Shown in pieces: positions 29,221 to 38,945 of a stretch of 64,000 nucleotides of DNA. A program made the translations under genes and the position numbers. Each line of letters starts with the position of its first letter. The first letter of the stretch is position 1. The DNA is from Gemmatimonadales bacterium (lineage in GTDB: Bacteria; Gemmatimonadota; Gemmatimonadetes; Gemmatimonadales; GWC2-71-9), in assembly GCA_039794085.1 (NCBI GenBank), contig JBDIWC010000009.1, positions 3,095 to 67,094 of the forward strand, given 5' to 3'. The notes below the pieces were generated by a model. The model did no database searches, was not told the DNA's origin, and worked only from the letters and a program-made list of their open reading frames with translations.

Positions 29221-30289
29221 CAGCTGCAAACAGGTGAACGCCCGCCGCCGGTTCTCGCAGGGTGACCCCCACCCGGTCCCCAACGCGGGCGGCCGCCGCA
29301 TCCGCCGCCACCTCGATCACCCCCCCCGGCACGGAGACCCGGTAGAGGGTGATGGCGCCGGTGAATCGCCGGGTCACGACCTCGCCACTGGGGACGAGCG
29401 CGCTCGCGGACGTCAGGGCCACCGCCTCGGGTCGGAGGAACAGCGTAGCCCGGGATCCACTGCCGGGGGGAATCGGCGCCTCGACCCACCACTCGGTTCC
29501 CTGGAGGCCCACCCGGGTCCGGGTTCCCTCGGAACCCAGAATCGCAACAGGGAGGGCAGCCCCCTGCCCGATGAAACCGGCCACGAAGGAGGTGGCGGGA
29601 CGAGCATAGAGCTCCTCAGGGGGACCGAGCTGCTCGAGCTGTCCCTCCCGAAGCACCGCTGTCAGGTCGCCCAGGTCGAAGGCTTCCTCCTGCTCGTGGG
29701 TGACCAGCACCGCGGTGATGCCGATCCGGTGGAGCAGGGCCCGCAACTCCCCGCGGGTCCGTTCGCGGAGAGAGGGGTCAAGATTGGAGAGAGGTTCGTC
29801 GAGGAGCAGGATCCGAGGCTCGGGAGCCAGGGCACGAGCCAGAGCCACCCGCTGCTGCTGTCCTCCGCTCAGCTGATCAACCCGGCGGCGCTCGAAACCG
29901 GCGAGTTCGACGAGCGCGAGCGCCTCGGCCACCCGCCGATCCCGTTCCCCGCCGCGGACCCCCCGGCTCTCCAGGCCGAAGGCCACGTTCCGGCCGACAT
30001 CGAGATGGGGGAAGAGAGCGAAGTGCTGGAAGACCATCCCGCAGCGCCGGGTCACCGGATTCTGCCGGGTCACATCCTCCCCATCGATCAGCACCTGGCC
30101 CGATTCCGGGGATTCAAATCCCGCCAGGAGACGGAGCGTCGTGGTCTTCCCCGAGCCGCTCGGACCCAGCAGGGCCAGGAGTTTGCCGCGTTCCAGCGTG
30201 AGTGAAAGATCCCGCACCGCGACGGCGCCATCAAAGGCCTTGGCAAGGTGCCGGACTTCCAGACACGGGCTGTCGCCCGCCTCGGTCAT
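29213..30289 (-). CDS. ABC transporter ATP-binding protein (FbpC/PotA-like, TOBE)
   Basis: GPSGSGKT, VFQHFALFPH, LSGGQQQR, LLDEP, THEQEEA; ATG 30289 overlaps the SBP stop. Confidence 0.93.
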   Translation of the reverse strand: MTEAGDSPCLEVRHLAKAFDGAVAVRDLSLTLERGKLLALLGPSGSGKTTTLRLLAGFESPESGQVLIDGEDVTRQNPVTRRCGMVFQHFALFPHLDVGRNVAFGLESRGVRGGERDRRVAEALALVELAGFERRRVDQLSGGQQQRVALARALAPEPRILLLDEPLSNLDPSLRERTRGELRALLHRIGITAVLVTHEQEEAFDLGDLTAVLREGQLEQLGPPEELYARPATSFVAGFIGQGAALPVAILGSEGTRTRVGLQGTEWWVEAPIPPGSGSRATLFLRPEAVALTSASALVPSGEVVTRRFTGAITLYRVSVPGGVIEVAADAAAARVGDRVGVTLREPAAGVHLFAADA

Positions 30290-31362
30290 CGGGTGCGCCC
30301 CGTCCCCCGCACCCGACGGTCCCAGTACCCCATCCAGCGTTCCCCTTCCCGGGACAGGAGGTTCCAGTCCATCGGCCACTCCACCATGGCACTCTCCACC
30401 TCGGTCACCCAGGAAGGAATGGAGTCGACGGGGAGCCCGTGCCGGGCCGGGAGACGGAACACGGCGCGCGCCGCCATGATCTGGGCCGACTCGGAGCCGA
30501 CGAAATCAATGAAACGCCGGGCCGCCTCGGGGTGACGGGCTCCCCGGATCAGGCTAATGGCGTCATCGATCACGGCGGTCCCGCTGCGCGGGAACACGTA
30601 GCCGAAGGGCATTCCCTTCCCGATGCTGATCAGGACATCGGGGAGGTCCCAAAGCGTGAGCGTGCCTTCCTGACGGGAGAGCTTCTCCGTGAGCAGGGCG
30701 GGATTCATGGTGTAGGTGCGGGTCTGCCCGTCCAGACGCCGGAGCCACGCCATCCCGGGAGCGGTGTCCCCGGGGAACCGCATGCCGCGCTGCAGGATGA
30801 GCCCCCAGATCGCCCGCATGGTCCCACTGGCGAGGGGATCACGAATCAGCACCTGGTCCCGCCATCGGGGGTCGAGCACCTCGTCCCAGTCCTCCGGAGC
30901 ATCATCACGCGAAACGGCGGCGCTGTTGTAGACGATGACCGCGGGTGTCCGGTACACCGGGAAGTAGTGACCCGCCGAGTCCACTCCGGCCGGTCCGACG
31001 TGGTCCGCCCACACAGGGCGATAGGGCTGGAGCAGGGAGTCCCGCACGCCGCGATCGAAGAGAACGGTGGGACCCCCGAACCAGACGTCCGCCTGTGGGT
31101 TGACCCGCTCCGACCGAACCCGGTCCAGGATGTCCTGACTCCCCATGTCGAGCCAGCGGAGATCGACATCGGGATTCTCCCGCTCGAAGGCACCCTCCAG
31201 CAGCTCCAATTGATCCCGGCCGTGGGGCGAATAGACGACGACCGGGGTGCGACCGTCTCCCGCCGTGCAGGCGGCGGTCCATGCGGCCATCCACGCCAGG
31301 CCCCACCACAGGAACGCCATTCGTCCGGCCGCCGCTTCCCCTCTGCAGTCACGGGTTGGCAC
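30286..31362 (-). CDS. Extracellular solute-binding lipoprotein (Fe3+/thiamine/polyamine-like family)
   Basis: Hydrophobic stretch then TAAC lipobox; VVYSPHG, NPQADVWFGG, DPLASGT, ARRFIDFV. An alternative start is ATG 31320. Confidence 0.88.
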   Translation of the reverse strand: MPTRDCRGEAAAGRMAFLWWGLAWMAAWTAACTAGDGRTPVVVYSPHGRDQLELLEGAFERENPDVDLRWLDMGSQDILDRVRSERVNPQADVWFGGPTVLFDRGVRDSLLQPYRPVWADHVGPAGVDSAGHYFPVYRTPAVIVYNSAAVSRDDAPEDWDEVLDPRWRDQVLIRDPLASGTMRAIWGLILQRGMRFPGDTAPGMAWLRRLDGQTRTYTMNPALLTEKLSRQEGTLTLWDLPDVLISIGKGMPFGYVFPRSGTAVIDDAISLIRGARHPEAARRFIDFVGSESAQIMAARAVFRLPARHGLPVDSIPSWVTEVESAMVEWPMDWNLLSREGERWMGYWDRRVRGTGRTR

Positions 31363-33931
31363 GGGCGGGCTCCAGCGAGAGAAGGTTGAGAAAAAGGCGC
31401 AGGGCGCCGGGTATTCCCGTCGGCAGTTGACGGAAGAAGCTCAATCCGGTGTAGACAAAGCGCCCCCGACCCAGCGGCGCCACCAGCAGGGCCCCGTCGG
31501 TGGCGTCCTCCCCGGGATCCTGCATGCGGAGGAGAGGCGTGAACGCCGAATCCCACGTCCGGGGATAGTACAGCCCGCGCTCCTGCACCCAGCCTTCCCA
31601 ATCCGGGGGGCCGATCCGGTTGGGACCATGGAACAGGGGAGCATCGGGAACCAGCACGGTGACCGGTGCTGCTTCGTCCGTCACCCGGTCGTGCCGGTCG
31701 GCCATGGTCATGGCAACGGGGGGGAAGCGCCCCGAAAAATACCTGTGCTGCTGATATTGCACCACCAGCACGCCCCCCCGGCGGGTAAACTCCACCAATC
31801 GGTCATGGTGCCGGACGACAGCGGAATCCGTTTCATAGGCCCGGGGGCCAATCACGATGACATCATAGCGAGTGAGATCCCCCCCCTCAAGGATCGCGGG
31901 ATCCAGAAGCTCCACAGTCACCCCCACGTCCTGCAACACTTCCGGAATGCGATCCGCGGCACCCCGCACATACCCGATCCGGCGCCCGGCCGGGGGACGA
32001 GAGAAATCCGCCGTCCGTACCATTGCCCGGGCCACTCCCGTCCACCAGGTCGGCTGGACATGGGGATAGTCGGTCCGGAGGAGACCTCTGTCATACCGAT
32101 TCCCTCCGTCATCCTCGACAACCGCCCGAAGGACCCCGTCACCCCGGTCGTCAGGGGGGATCACCGAAAAGGCGAAGGTCATCCGGGACCCCCTGCCGGC
32201 CAGGACGAGAGGCTGCGATTCCACCTCGGTCCATCCCGGGGGAAGGAGGAGTCGGATCCTCCCGGTGGTGGTGTCCGAGGCCTGATTTTCCACGCTGACG
32301 GCGATGCGTTCGGGACTCCCCGCATCGGCCCGGGCCCGCATCCGGAGATCGGTCTCCATCGCCACGGTCACACGGGGTACAACCGGGACCGGCCGACGGA
32401 TTTCGCCGAGAGCCTGCTCGACGGTTCGGTGGACCACCTCCCGGCGCAGAACGGGGCCACCGTCCGTGGCAAAGGTGGCCAGGAAATCGGGGTCCCCGAA
32501 CGGGGTGCCGAACGCCCGGCGGTGGTGGGCGGGCCATCGATACAGAGCCCCCCCATGCGATCGATCGAGCTCCAGGAAGTAGGGGTCGGAGACGTGCGTC
32601 GTGTCGGGAAGGGTGAAGGAGAGGGTGTCGCTCCACAGGGTCCGGGCCGCCACCGCAACGGGGGCGTGCTCCGTCACCGGCACCCCGCGGAACATCACTT
32701 CCGGCCGGATGGTCACGGGCGCGGAGCCAGCGTTCCAGCAGGAGAGCCCGAGAGGAAGATCGCGCCCGGGGATGGCGACCGGTTCGAGGCTCCGGGCATC
32801 GCAGACCATCTCGGTTCCCGCGGCCCAGGCCCGGTCGATCGCCTCCAGCTGGTCCTCGACCACCGGGGACACGTCCGCTCGATCCGGGAGCTCCTCCCAC
32901 GCGTCGAGTAGCTCCGCCCGAAGCAGGGCCAGTCCCGCCGGATCGCCCGTGGCCCTCGACAAGGCGGTCTCCAGGGCGCGCCAGCGGGCCACCGCCCGGG
33001 GGCCCGCTCTCTGCACGGCGGGCATGCCGCTCAGCAGGGTGTCGATCCCCCCGAAGAATGAATCGGGCGCCTCGCCCTCTCCTGTCCGGTCCTCCAGGAG
33101 TGCCAGAAACACCGGTGAGGGACCAATGGCCTGACTGACTCCCATGTCCTGGGAGCGGTGGAGGCTCCGGCTCCGCATCGCGATCTGGTGGAACGATTGC
33201 CCCGTGACCGGATCGAGCCGCCCGCCATCGAGAGTCAGGGTGGTTCCCTCCCGATCGAACCGCGTGCTCCGGTAGAGCTTCTTCGGTTCCCACGGCTCGA
33301 TCCCCTCCTCCTCCGCAAGTTCCGGAAAGACGGACGGATCCGCGGCGAGCCGAAACGCCTCGCGGGCGGCCCACCCGGCCGCCTGGTGCTGGCCGTGGCC
33401 ATCCCGCGCGCTCCCCGAAAAGATGCTGACGATGATCTGAGGGCGAACCCGGCGAACGATGCGGATCACATCCTTGAGAATGGTGTCCCGGGGCCAGTGG
33501 GCCCAGGTGTCCTCGAGCGTCTTGGAGTACCCGAAGTCGTAGCCCCGGGTGAAGAACTGTCGGGCTCCGTCGAGTGACCGGGCGGCCAGAAGCTCCCCGG
33601 TTCGCAGGAGGCCCAGGGCCTCACCCAGTTCGGTGCCGATCAGGTTCTGTCCTCCCTCTCCCCGGGTCAGGGAGAGATAGGCCGCCTGGGCACCGTACCC
33701 CCGCGTCAGAACCGTCAGGAGTTCCGTGTCTTCATCGTCGGGATGGGCTCCGATGACCAGGACCCGTCGATGGTGCCCCAGTCGGAGGAGAGCCTGTTCC
33801 CGCGCCACGATGCCACCGGTCGAGGGGCCGACCGACTGGGCAGGGAGGGGAGAGGAGAGGAGGGCCGGGGCCAGCAGCACCACAAGCATTCCCCCGCGCG
33901 CCACACTCCTGCGGAGGAAGGAAAGGGTCAC
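31349..33931 (-). CDS. Secreted PIG-L/LmbE family deacetylase with Ig-like/NEW3 and C-terminal GATase-like domains
   Basis: Signal peptide; AHPDDE, TRGEGGQN, DFGYSK, HGQH, SLHRSQ; C-terminal GVLVVQYQ, GWVQERG, YTGLSFFRQLP; GTG 33931 overlaps the upstream stop. Confidence 0.9.
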   Translation of the reverse strand: MTLSFLRRSVARGGMLVVLLAPALLSSPLPAQSVGPSTGGIVAREQALLRLGHHRRVLVIGAHPDDEDTELLTVLTRGYGAQAAYLSLTRGEGGQNLIGTELGEALGLLRTGELLAARSLDGARQFFTRGYDFGYSKTLEDTWAHWPRDTILKDVIRIVRRVRPQIIVSIFSGSARDGHGQHQAAGWAAREAFRLAADPSVFPELAEEEGIEPWEPKKLYRSTRFDREGTTLTLDGGRLDPVTGQSFHQIAMRSRSLHRSQDMGVSQAIGPSPVFLALLEDRTGEGEAPDSFFGGIDTLLSGMPAVQRAGPRAVARWRALETALSRATGDPAGLALLRAELLDAWEELPDRADVSPVVEDQLEAIDRAWAAGTEMVCDARSLEPVAIPGRDLPLGLSCWNAGSAPVTIRPEVMFRGVPVTEHAPVAVAARTLWSDTLSFTLPDTTHVSDPYFLELDRSHGGALYRWPAHHRRAFGTPFGDPDFLATFATDGGPVLRREVVHRTVEQALGEIRRPVPVVPRVTVAMETDLRMRARADAGSPERIAVSVENQASDTTTGRIRLLLPPGWTEVESQPLVLAGRGSRMTFAFSVIPPDDRGDGVLRAVVEDDGGNRYDRGLLRTDYPHVQPTWWTGVARAMVRTADFSRPPAGRRIGYVRGAADRIPEVLQDVGVTVELLDPAILEGGDLTRYDVIVIGPRAYETDSAVVRHHDRLVEFTRRGGVLVVQYQQHRYFSGRFPPVAMTMADRHDRVTDEAAPVTVLVPDAPLFHGPNRIGPPDWEGWVQERGLYYPRTWDSAFTPLLRMQDPGEDATDGALLVAPLGRGRFVYTGLSFFRQLPTGIPGALRLFLNLLSLEPARANP

Positions 33932-34224
33932 CGCGTGGGGGGGTCGGATCGATCGAGCGGCCGACGGCCGAGGAAGAAGGCGATGACGAAGCTGGCCAGC
34001 GCCGTCACCAGCAACACCCTGCCCGTCGCACTCCAGGCCGTCCCCAGGGGATACAGAAGCAACAGCATTCCGAGAGAGACAAGGATGGTTCCGAGAGCGC
34101 GGAAGACCTCGTCCAGATTCTTCCAGTCGGTCCGGCGTCCCCAGTGAACGGCCGCGCCGAAACCGAGGATCCCGAGCAGCAGGATGCCATACCAGACAAC
34201 GATCCAGAACTGACGACCGATCAT
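33928..34224 (-). CDS. Small membrane protein (3 TM)
   Basis: Three hydrophobic helices; SD GAGGA; translationally coupled to the deacetylase. Confidence 0.75.
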   Translation of the reverse strand: MIGRQFWIVVWYGILLLGILGFGAAVHWGRRTDWKNLDEVFRALGTILVSLGMLLLLYPLGTAWSATGRVLLVTALASFVIAFFLGRRPLDRSDPPTR

Positions 34225-34289
34225 CGGACGTCCTCGGTTCGAGAGGGGGCCCGGCGGATGTTACTGCCCGAAACAGGTTTTGACCAGAT

Positions 34290-34631
34290 TCACCCCGGCC
34301 CGTGGCACTCGGAACAGGGACACGCGGCCCGGAGATGGGCGAAGGTGTAGATGCCGGTGCCATGACCATCACTCCAGGTTATGCGGATGCCGTAAGACCC
34401 CACAAGGGCCAGCCGCAGCGGCGTGATCCCCTCGGGCACAGTGGCGGGATCGAGGAGAGGTCTCCCCGTCATCTCCTCGAGACATTGGGCGCACGGACAG
34501 GCGAGGCGCAGCAGGCGGGCCGGATAACGGGACTGATGTCCCTCTCCCGCCTCTCCCGCCCACTCCACCCGAATTCCATCCTCTTCCCGCACGATCCGGG
34601 TGGGTACGGCTCTGATGGTGTGATCCGACAC
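34290..34631 (-). CDS. DUF971 / GBBH-like N-terminal metal-binding protein
   Basis: LRLACPCAQC, VGSYGIRITWSDGHGTGIY, LRAACPCSEC. Confidence 0.85.
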   Translation of the reverse strand: MSDHTIRAVPTRIVREEDGIRVEWAGEAGEGHQSRYPARLLRLACPCAQCLEEMTGRPLLDPATVPEGITPLRLALVGSYGIRITWSDGHGTGIYTFAHLRAACPCSECHGPG

Positions 34632-34708
34632 CGCGTCCTCTCGTTGGCGACCCGATTATGTTAATAGTGTCGGCGCATTCCTGAACCCCCTGCCGGGAAC
34701 TTCCTCGC

Positions 34709-37474
34709 ATGACAGACCTCCATCAGAATCCCTTCGGCAGCCGGATCCCCCTCGATCTCGGAGCTCAGCAGGCCACCATCTTCCACCTTCCGACCCTGGC
34801 GGCCGAGGGGCTTGGATCCCTCGACCGCCTTCCCTTCTCCATCCGGGTTCTGCTCGAAAACGCGCTGCGTGCCTGCGGCCAGGGCTTCGTCACCGAGGAC
34901 CACGTACGCCAGGTGATGGCCTGGGGAGGCCCCTCGGGTGACGTCATGGAGCTCCCGTTCATGCCGGCCCGGGTGGTGCTGCAGGACTTCACCGGGGTTC
35001 CGTCCGTGGTGGACCTCGCCGCGATGCGCGATGCGATGGCCCGAATGGGCGGTGATCCCGACCGGATCAATCCGGTCGTTCCCTGCGACCTCGTCATCGA
35101 CCACTCGGTTCAGGTCGATCACTACGGAAGCGCGGACGCCTTTCGCCTCAACGTGTCCCTGGAGTTCGACCGGAACCGGGAACGGTACCAGCTGCTCAAG
35201 TTTTCCCAACGGGCGTTCCGCAACTTCCGGGTGGTGCCGCCCGGACGAGGAATCGTGCATCAGGTCAACCTGGAATACCTCGCCCCGGTGGTGCAGCTGC
35301 GCAAGGACCGAGGGGCGTGGACCGCCTTCCCCGACACCCTGGTCGGCACGGACTCTCACACCACGATGATCAATGGACTCGGGGTTCTCGGCTGGGGCGT
35401 GGGTGGCATCGAGGCCGAGGCCGTCATGCTGGGCCAACCGTACTTCATGCTGCTGCCCGAGGTGATCGGCATGAAGCTGGTGGGCTCGTTGCCGCCGGGT
35501 ACCACCGCCACCGACCTCGTGCTCCGGGTCACCAACATTCTCCGCGCGGAGGGTGTGGTGGACAAGTTCGTCGAGTTCTTCGGCCCGGGCCTGGGCGCGC
35601 TGACCCTGGCCGACCGTGCCACGATCGCCAACATGGCTCCCGAATACGGCGCCACGGCGGGATTCTTTCCCGTGGATCAGGCCACGCTCACCTATCTGGA
35701 ACGGACCGGACGGGAACCCGAGGTGGTGACCCGTGTGGAGCGGTACTGCAAGGAGCAGGGCCTCTTCCATGGACCCGGGACCCCGGACCCCTCCTACACA
35801 CGCACCGTCACGCTCGATCTCGACACCATCACTCCCAGTCTGGCGGGACCCCGCCGCCCCCAGGACATCGTTCCGCTCACCGGCCTGCCCCGGAACTTCT
35901 CCCTCGCGCTGCCCCATCTGTTGAGCGCCAAGGCGCCGGAGGATCGGCGAGCCCGGGCCAAGGCCAATGCCACCGCATGGGAGAGCGAAGGAGGGGCCAC
36001 CGCCGTCGCCACTGCTCCCGTCGGGGGAGGGGACCCGGCGAACTGCTCCGACCATCTCACCGATGGGGACGTCGTGATCGCGGCCATCACCAGCTGCACC
36101 AACACATCGAACCCCTCCGTCATGGTGGGCGCGGGTCTCCTGGCGCAGAAGGCACTCGCCCGGGGCCTCCAGACCCGTCCCTGGGTCAAAACGAGCCTCG
36201 CCCCGGGATCTCGCGTGGTCACCGATTATCTCACGGGAGCCGGACTCCTCCCCTCCCTGGAGGCGCTCGGCTTCCAGGTGGTCGGCTATGGATGCACCAC
36301 CTGCATCGGAAACAGCGGACCCCTCCCGCCCGACGTGGCCGACCACATCGAGACGAACCAGATCGTGGCCGCGGCCGTGCTCAGCGGCAACCGCAACTTC
36401 GAGGCGCGAATTCACCCCCTGGTGCGCGCCAACTATCTTGCCTCGCCCATGCTGGTGGTGGCCTTTGCCCTGGCCGGCCGGATCACGCTCGACCTCACGA
36501 AGGATCCCCTCGGTCACGACACCGAGGGACACCCGGTCTACCTCAAGGACATCTGGCCCACCTCCGAGGAGATCGCCGAGGTGATGGCCCGTGCGGTGAC
36601 TCCCGAACTGTTCCGCCAGCAATACGCCTCCGTGTTCGACGGCGACGACGAGTGGCAGGAACTGGAGGTCCCCACCGGGAGCCGGTTTGCCTGGGACAGG
36701 GAATCCACCTATGTCCAGGAGCCCCCCTTCTTCACCGAGCTGCCTCGGACCCCCGGCGAACCCCGGAACATCGACAACGCCCGGGTGCTGGTCATGGTGG
36801 GTGATTCGGTGACGACGGACCACATCTCCCCCGCCGGTGCCATTCCGGCGGATGGACCCGCCGCGCGGTACCTGCGGGGCCACGGCGTGGAACAGGTGGA
36901 CTGGAACACCTTCGGGGCGCGGCGCGGCAACCACGAGGTGATGATGCGCGGAACCTTCGGCAACGTCCGGATCAAGAACCAGCTCGTTCCGGGCCGCGAG
37001 GGGAACTGGACCTGGCACCCCGAGGAGGAGGAGGCCATCTCGATCTATGATGCCGCCATGCGCTATGCCGAGTCGGAAACACCCCTGGTGGTGTTGGCCG
37101 GAAAGGAGTACGGGACCGGATCCAGCCGGGACTGGGCCGCGAAGGGAACAGCCCTTCTGGGAGTGAAGGCTGTCCTTGCCGAGAGCTATGAGCGGATCCA
37201 CCGCAGCAACCTGGTCGGCATGGGGGTGCTGCCGCTCGCGTACCAACCGGGAGAGTCGGCCGCGTCGCTGGGATTGACCGGGCGGGAGACATTCTCCATC
37301 GGCGGCATCGCGGAGGGCCTGGTTCCGGCCGGGACCGTCACCGTCACCGCCACCCGGGAGGAGGGGTCGGCCACGCAATTTCAGGCCGTGGTTCGGCTCA
37401 ACTCCGAAGTGGAGATCGACTACTACCGCCACGGCGGGATCCTGCAACGGGTCCTCCGGCACTTTCTCGCTTGA
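34709..37474 (+). CDS. acnA: Aconitate hydratase A
   Basis: RVVLQDFTGVP, DHSVQVD, GTDSHT, AAITSCTNTSNP, GYGCTTCIGNSG, SGNRNFE, TDHISPAG, GSSRDWAAKG. Confidence 0.97.
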   Translation: MTDLHQNPFGSRIPLDLGAQQATIFHLPTLAAEGLGSLDRLPFSIRVLLENALRACGQGFVTEDHVRQVMAWGGPSGDVMELPFMPARVVLQDFTGVPSVVDLAAMRDAMARMGGDPDRINPVVPCDLVIDHSVQVDHYGSADAFRLNVSLEFDRNRERYQLLKFSQRAFRNFRVVPPGRGIVHQVNLEYLAPVVQLRKDRGAWTAFPDTLVGTDSHTTMINGLGVLGWGVGGIEAEAVMLGQPYFMLLPEVIGMKLVGSLPPGTTATDLVLRVTNILRAEGVVDKFVEFFGPGLGALTLADRATIANMAPEYGATAGFFPVDQATLTYLERTGREPEVVTRVERYCKEQGLFHGPGTPDPSYTRTVTLDLDTITPSLAGPRRPQDIVPLTGLPRNFSLALPHLLSAKAPEDRRARAKANATAWESEGGATAVATAPVGGGDPANCSDHLTDGDVVIAAITSCTNTSNPSVMVGAGLLAQKALARGLQTRPWVKTSLAPGSRVVTDYLTGAGLLPSLEALGFQVVGYGCTTCIGNSGPLPPDVADHIETNQIVAAAVLSGNRNFEARIHPLVRANYLASPMLVVAFALAGRITLDLTKDPLGHDTEGHPVYLKDIWPTSEEIAEVMARAVTPELFRQQYASVFDGDDEWQELEVPTGSRFAWDRESTYVQEPPFFTELPRTPGEPRNIDNARVLVMVGDSVTTDHISPAGAIPADGPAARYLRGHGVEQVDWNTFGARRGNHEVMMRGTFGNVRIKNQLVPGREGNWTWHPEEEEAISIYDAAMRYAESETPLVVLAGKEYGTGSSRDWAAKGTALLGVKAVLAESYERIHRSNLVGMGVLPLAYQPGESAASLGLTGRETFSIGGIAEGLVPAGTVTVTATREEGSATQFQAVVRLNSEVEIDYYRHGGILQRVLRHFLA

Positions 37475-37496
37475 GAGAAAGTGACCACCACAACGT

Positions 37497-37528
37497 CAAC
37501 GGGGCGCCCAGTAGTGGACGCCCCGTTG
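37497..37528. terminator. Hairpin between convergent acnA and sigma factor gene
   Basis: CAACGGGGCG-C-CCA gtag TGG-A-CGCCCCGTTG. Confidence 0.65.
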
Positions 37529-37557
37529 CCGTTCGTGCCGTGTTCACCGAAGGGGTG

Positions 37558-38451
37558 TCAGGCCACAAGGTCCCGCAGCCGGTCGCCGGTTTCACCTTCC
37601 CGAAGTCGGAGAAGAGCCCGGTCCCGCAGTTGACGGATCCGCTCCCGGGTAACCCCCATCATCCGACCGATCTCCTCGAGGGTGCGGGAATTCCCATCCT
37701 CCAGTCCAAAGTAGAGCCGGAGGACCTTCGCGTCCCGCGGGGGGAGAACAGCCAGGGCGGCATCGATGTCGTGGGTCTGGCTGTTGGCCAGAGCCGAGAT
37801 GTCGGTTCCCTCCTGATCGCCAACCGCAAAGCGCTCGATGCGCTCGTTCCCGTCACCATCCCGGGTCGGATGGTCGAGACGTACCGCCTCGGAGTTGAGC
37901 GCACTCAGGCTCCGAACCGCCTCCACCGTGAGTCCCGTGGCACGGGCGAGTTCCTCGGTGGTCGGCATCCGTCCAAGCTTCTCCTTGAGCAGGGTGGTGG
38001 TCCGTCCGAGCCGACTCAGGTCCGCCGTCCGGTTCAGAGGGACTCGCACCGGACGCCCATGCCGGGCAATCGCTGCCTGGACGGCCTGACGAATCCACCA
38101 GACGGCGTAGGAAATGAACTTGACCCCGCGATCGGGGTCGAACTTCCGGGCAGCCGTCATCAGGCCGAGGTTGCCCTCCCCGATCAGGTCGACAAGAGGG
38201 ACACCACGATTCTGGAACTTCTTTGCCACCGAGACGACGAATCGCACATTGTGGCGAGCCAGGCGCTCCTGCGCCGCCACATTGCCGCGGAAGGCCTTCC
38301 GCGCGAGTTCCATCTCCTCCTCGCGGTTGAGGAGAGGCACCCGGCTGATCTCGTCCAGGTACAGATCAAGACTCTCGCGTCCCTCATCCACGGCCCGCGC
38401 GATCTGGGCCGGACGGACTTCCCGCCGCTTCGAGCGAGGTGTAGGTGCCAC
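37558..38451 (-). CDS. Sigma-70 family RNA polymerase sigma factor (RpoD/RpoS-like, no region 1.1)
   Basis: LDLYLDEI..VPLL, NVRFVVSVAKK, DLIGEGNLGL, KFISYAVWWIRQ, VRVP, TLEEIG...VTRERIRQ; SD GGAGGT before GTG. Confidence 0.93.
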   Translation of the reverse strand: MAPTPRSKRREVRPAQIARAVDEGRESLDLYLDEISRVPLLNREEEMELARKAFRGNVAAQERLARHNVRFVVSVAKKFQNRGVPLVDLIGEGNLGLMTAARKFDPDRGVKFISYAVWWIRQAVQAAIARHGRPVRVPLNRTADLSRLGRTTTLLKEKLGRMPTTEELARATGLTVEAVRSLSALNSEAVRLDHPTRDGDGNERIERFAVGDQEGTDISALANSQTHDIDAALAVLPPRDAKVLRLYFGLEDGNSRTLEEIGRMMGVTRERIRQLRDRALLRLREGETGDRLRDLVA

Positions 38452-38530
38452 AGGTATTTACCTCCAGGTGCATGAACGCACCGAACAAAGACCGAGAGGG
38501 CCAAAACGACCTACAGGCCCGTAATATAGC

Positions 38531-38689
38531 ATCTAAATCGCTTAAAAACAACGGTTTAGATAACTTCAACATCCAGTTGAGGTTGCATCATCATCGCCCC
38601 GACATCTACATTCCTGCGCGAGGAGACCCCGCATGGAGGGAATACGTCGCGAGCAGTCAAAAGGCGCGTCGTGTTACACAATTGTTACA
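38531..38689. promoter_or_regulatory. AT-richer control region upstream of the sigma gene: inverted repeat/IHF-like site and 11-bp-spaced direct repeat
   Basis: ATCTAAATCG-N11-CGGTTTAGAT (38531-38561) containing AAACAA-CGGT-TTA; TGTTACA-N4-TGTTACA (38672-38689). Confidence 0.45.
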
Positions 38690-38945
38690 AACTTCTGTCC
38701 AATACTCCGACCTTTTCCACCACCTGCAATCACCCTTCACCCCAGCTTCACCCGCCGCGATCCCAAGCACCAACGCCTTCAACCTGGCCCAACCTCCCTG
38801 CCATTCAGGAGACGCTTCGGAGCCCCAAAGTCGCACCGGTGGCTTCCAGCGGTGGGATCCGGGGGTCCGAAACAGGCAACCGCTGGCCGAACCTTGGCAG
38901 CCGGGCCCTGTGTCGGCACCCAGGACATGTTCTATGGTGAGAGAA

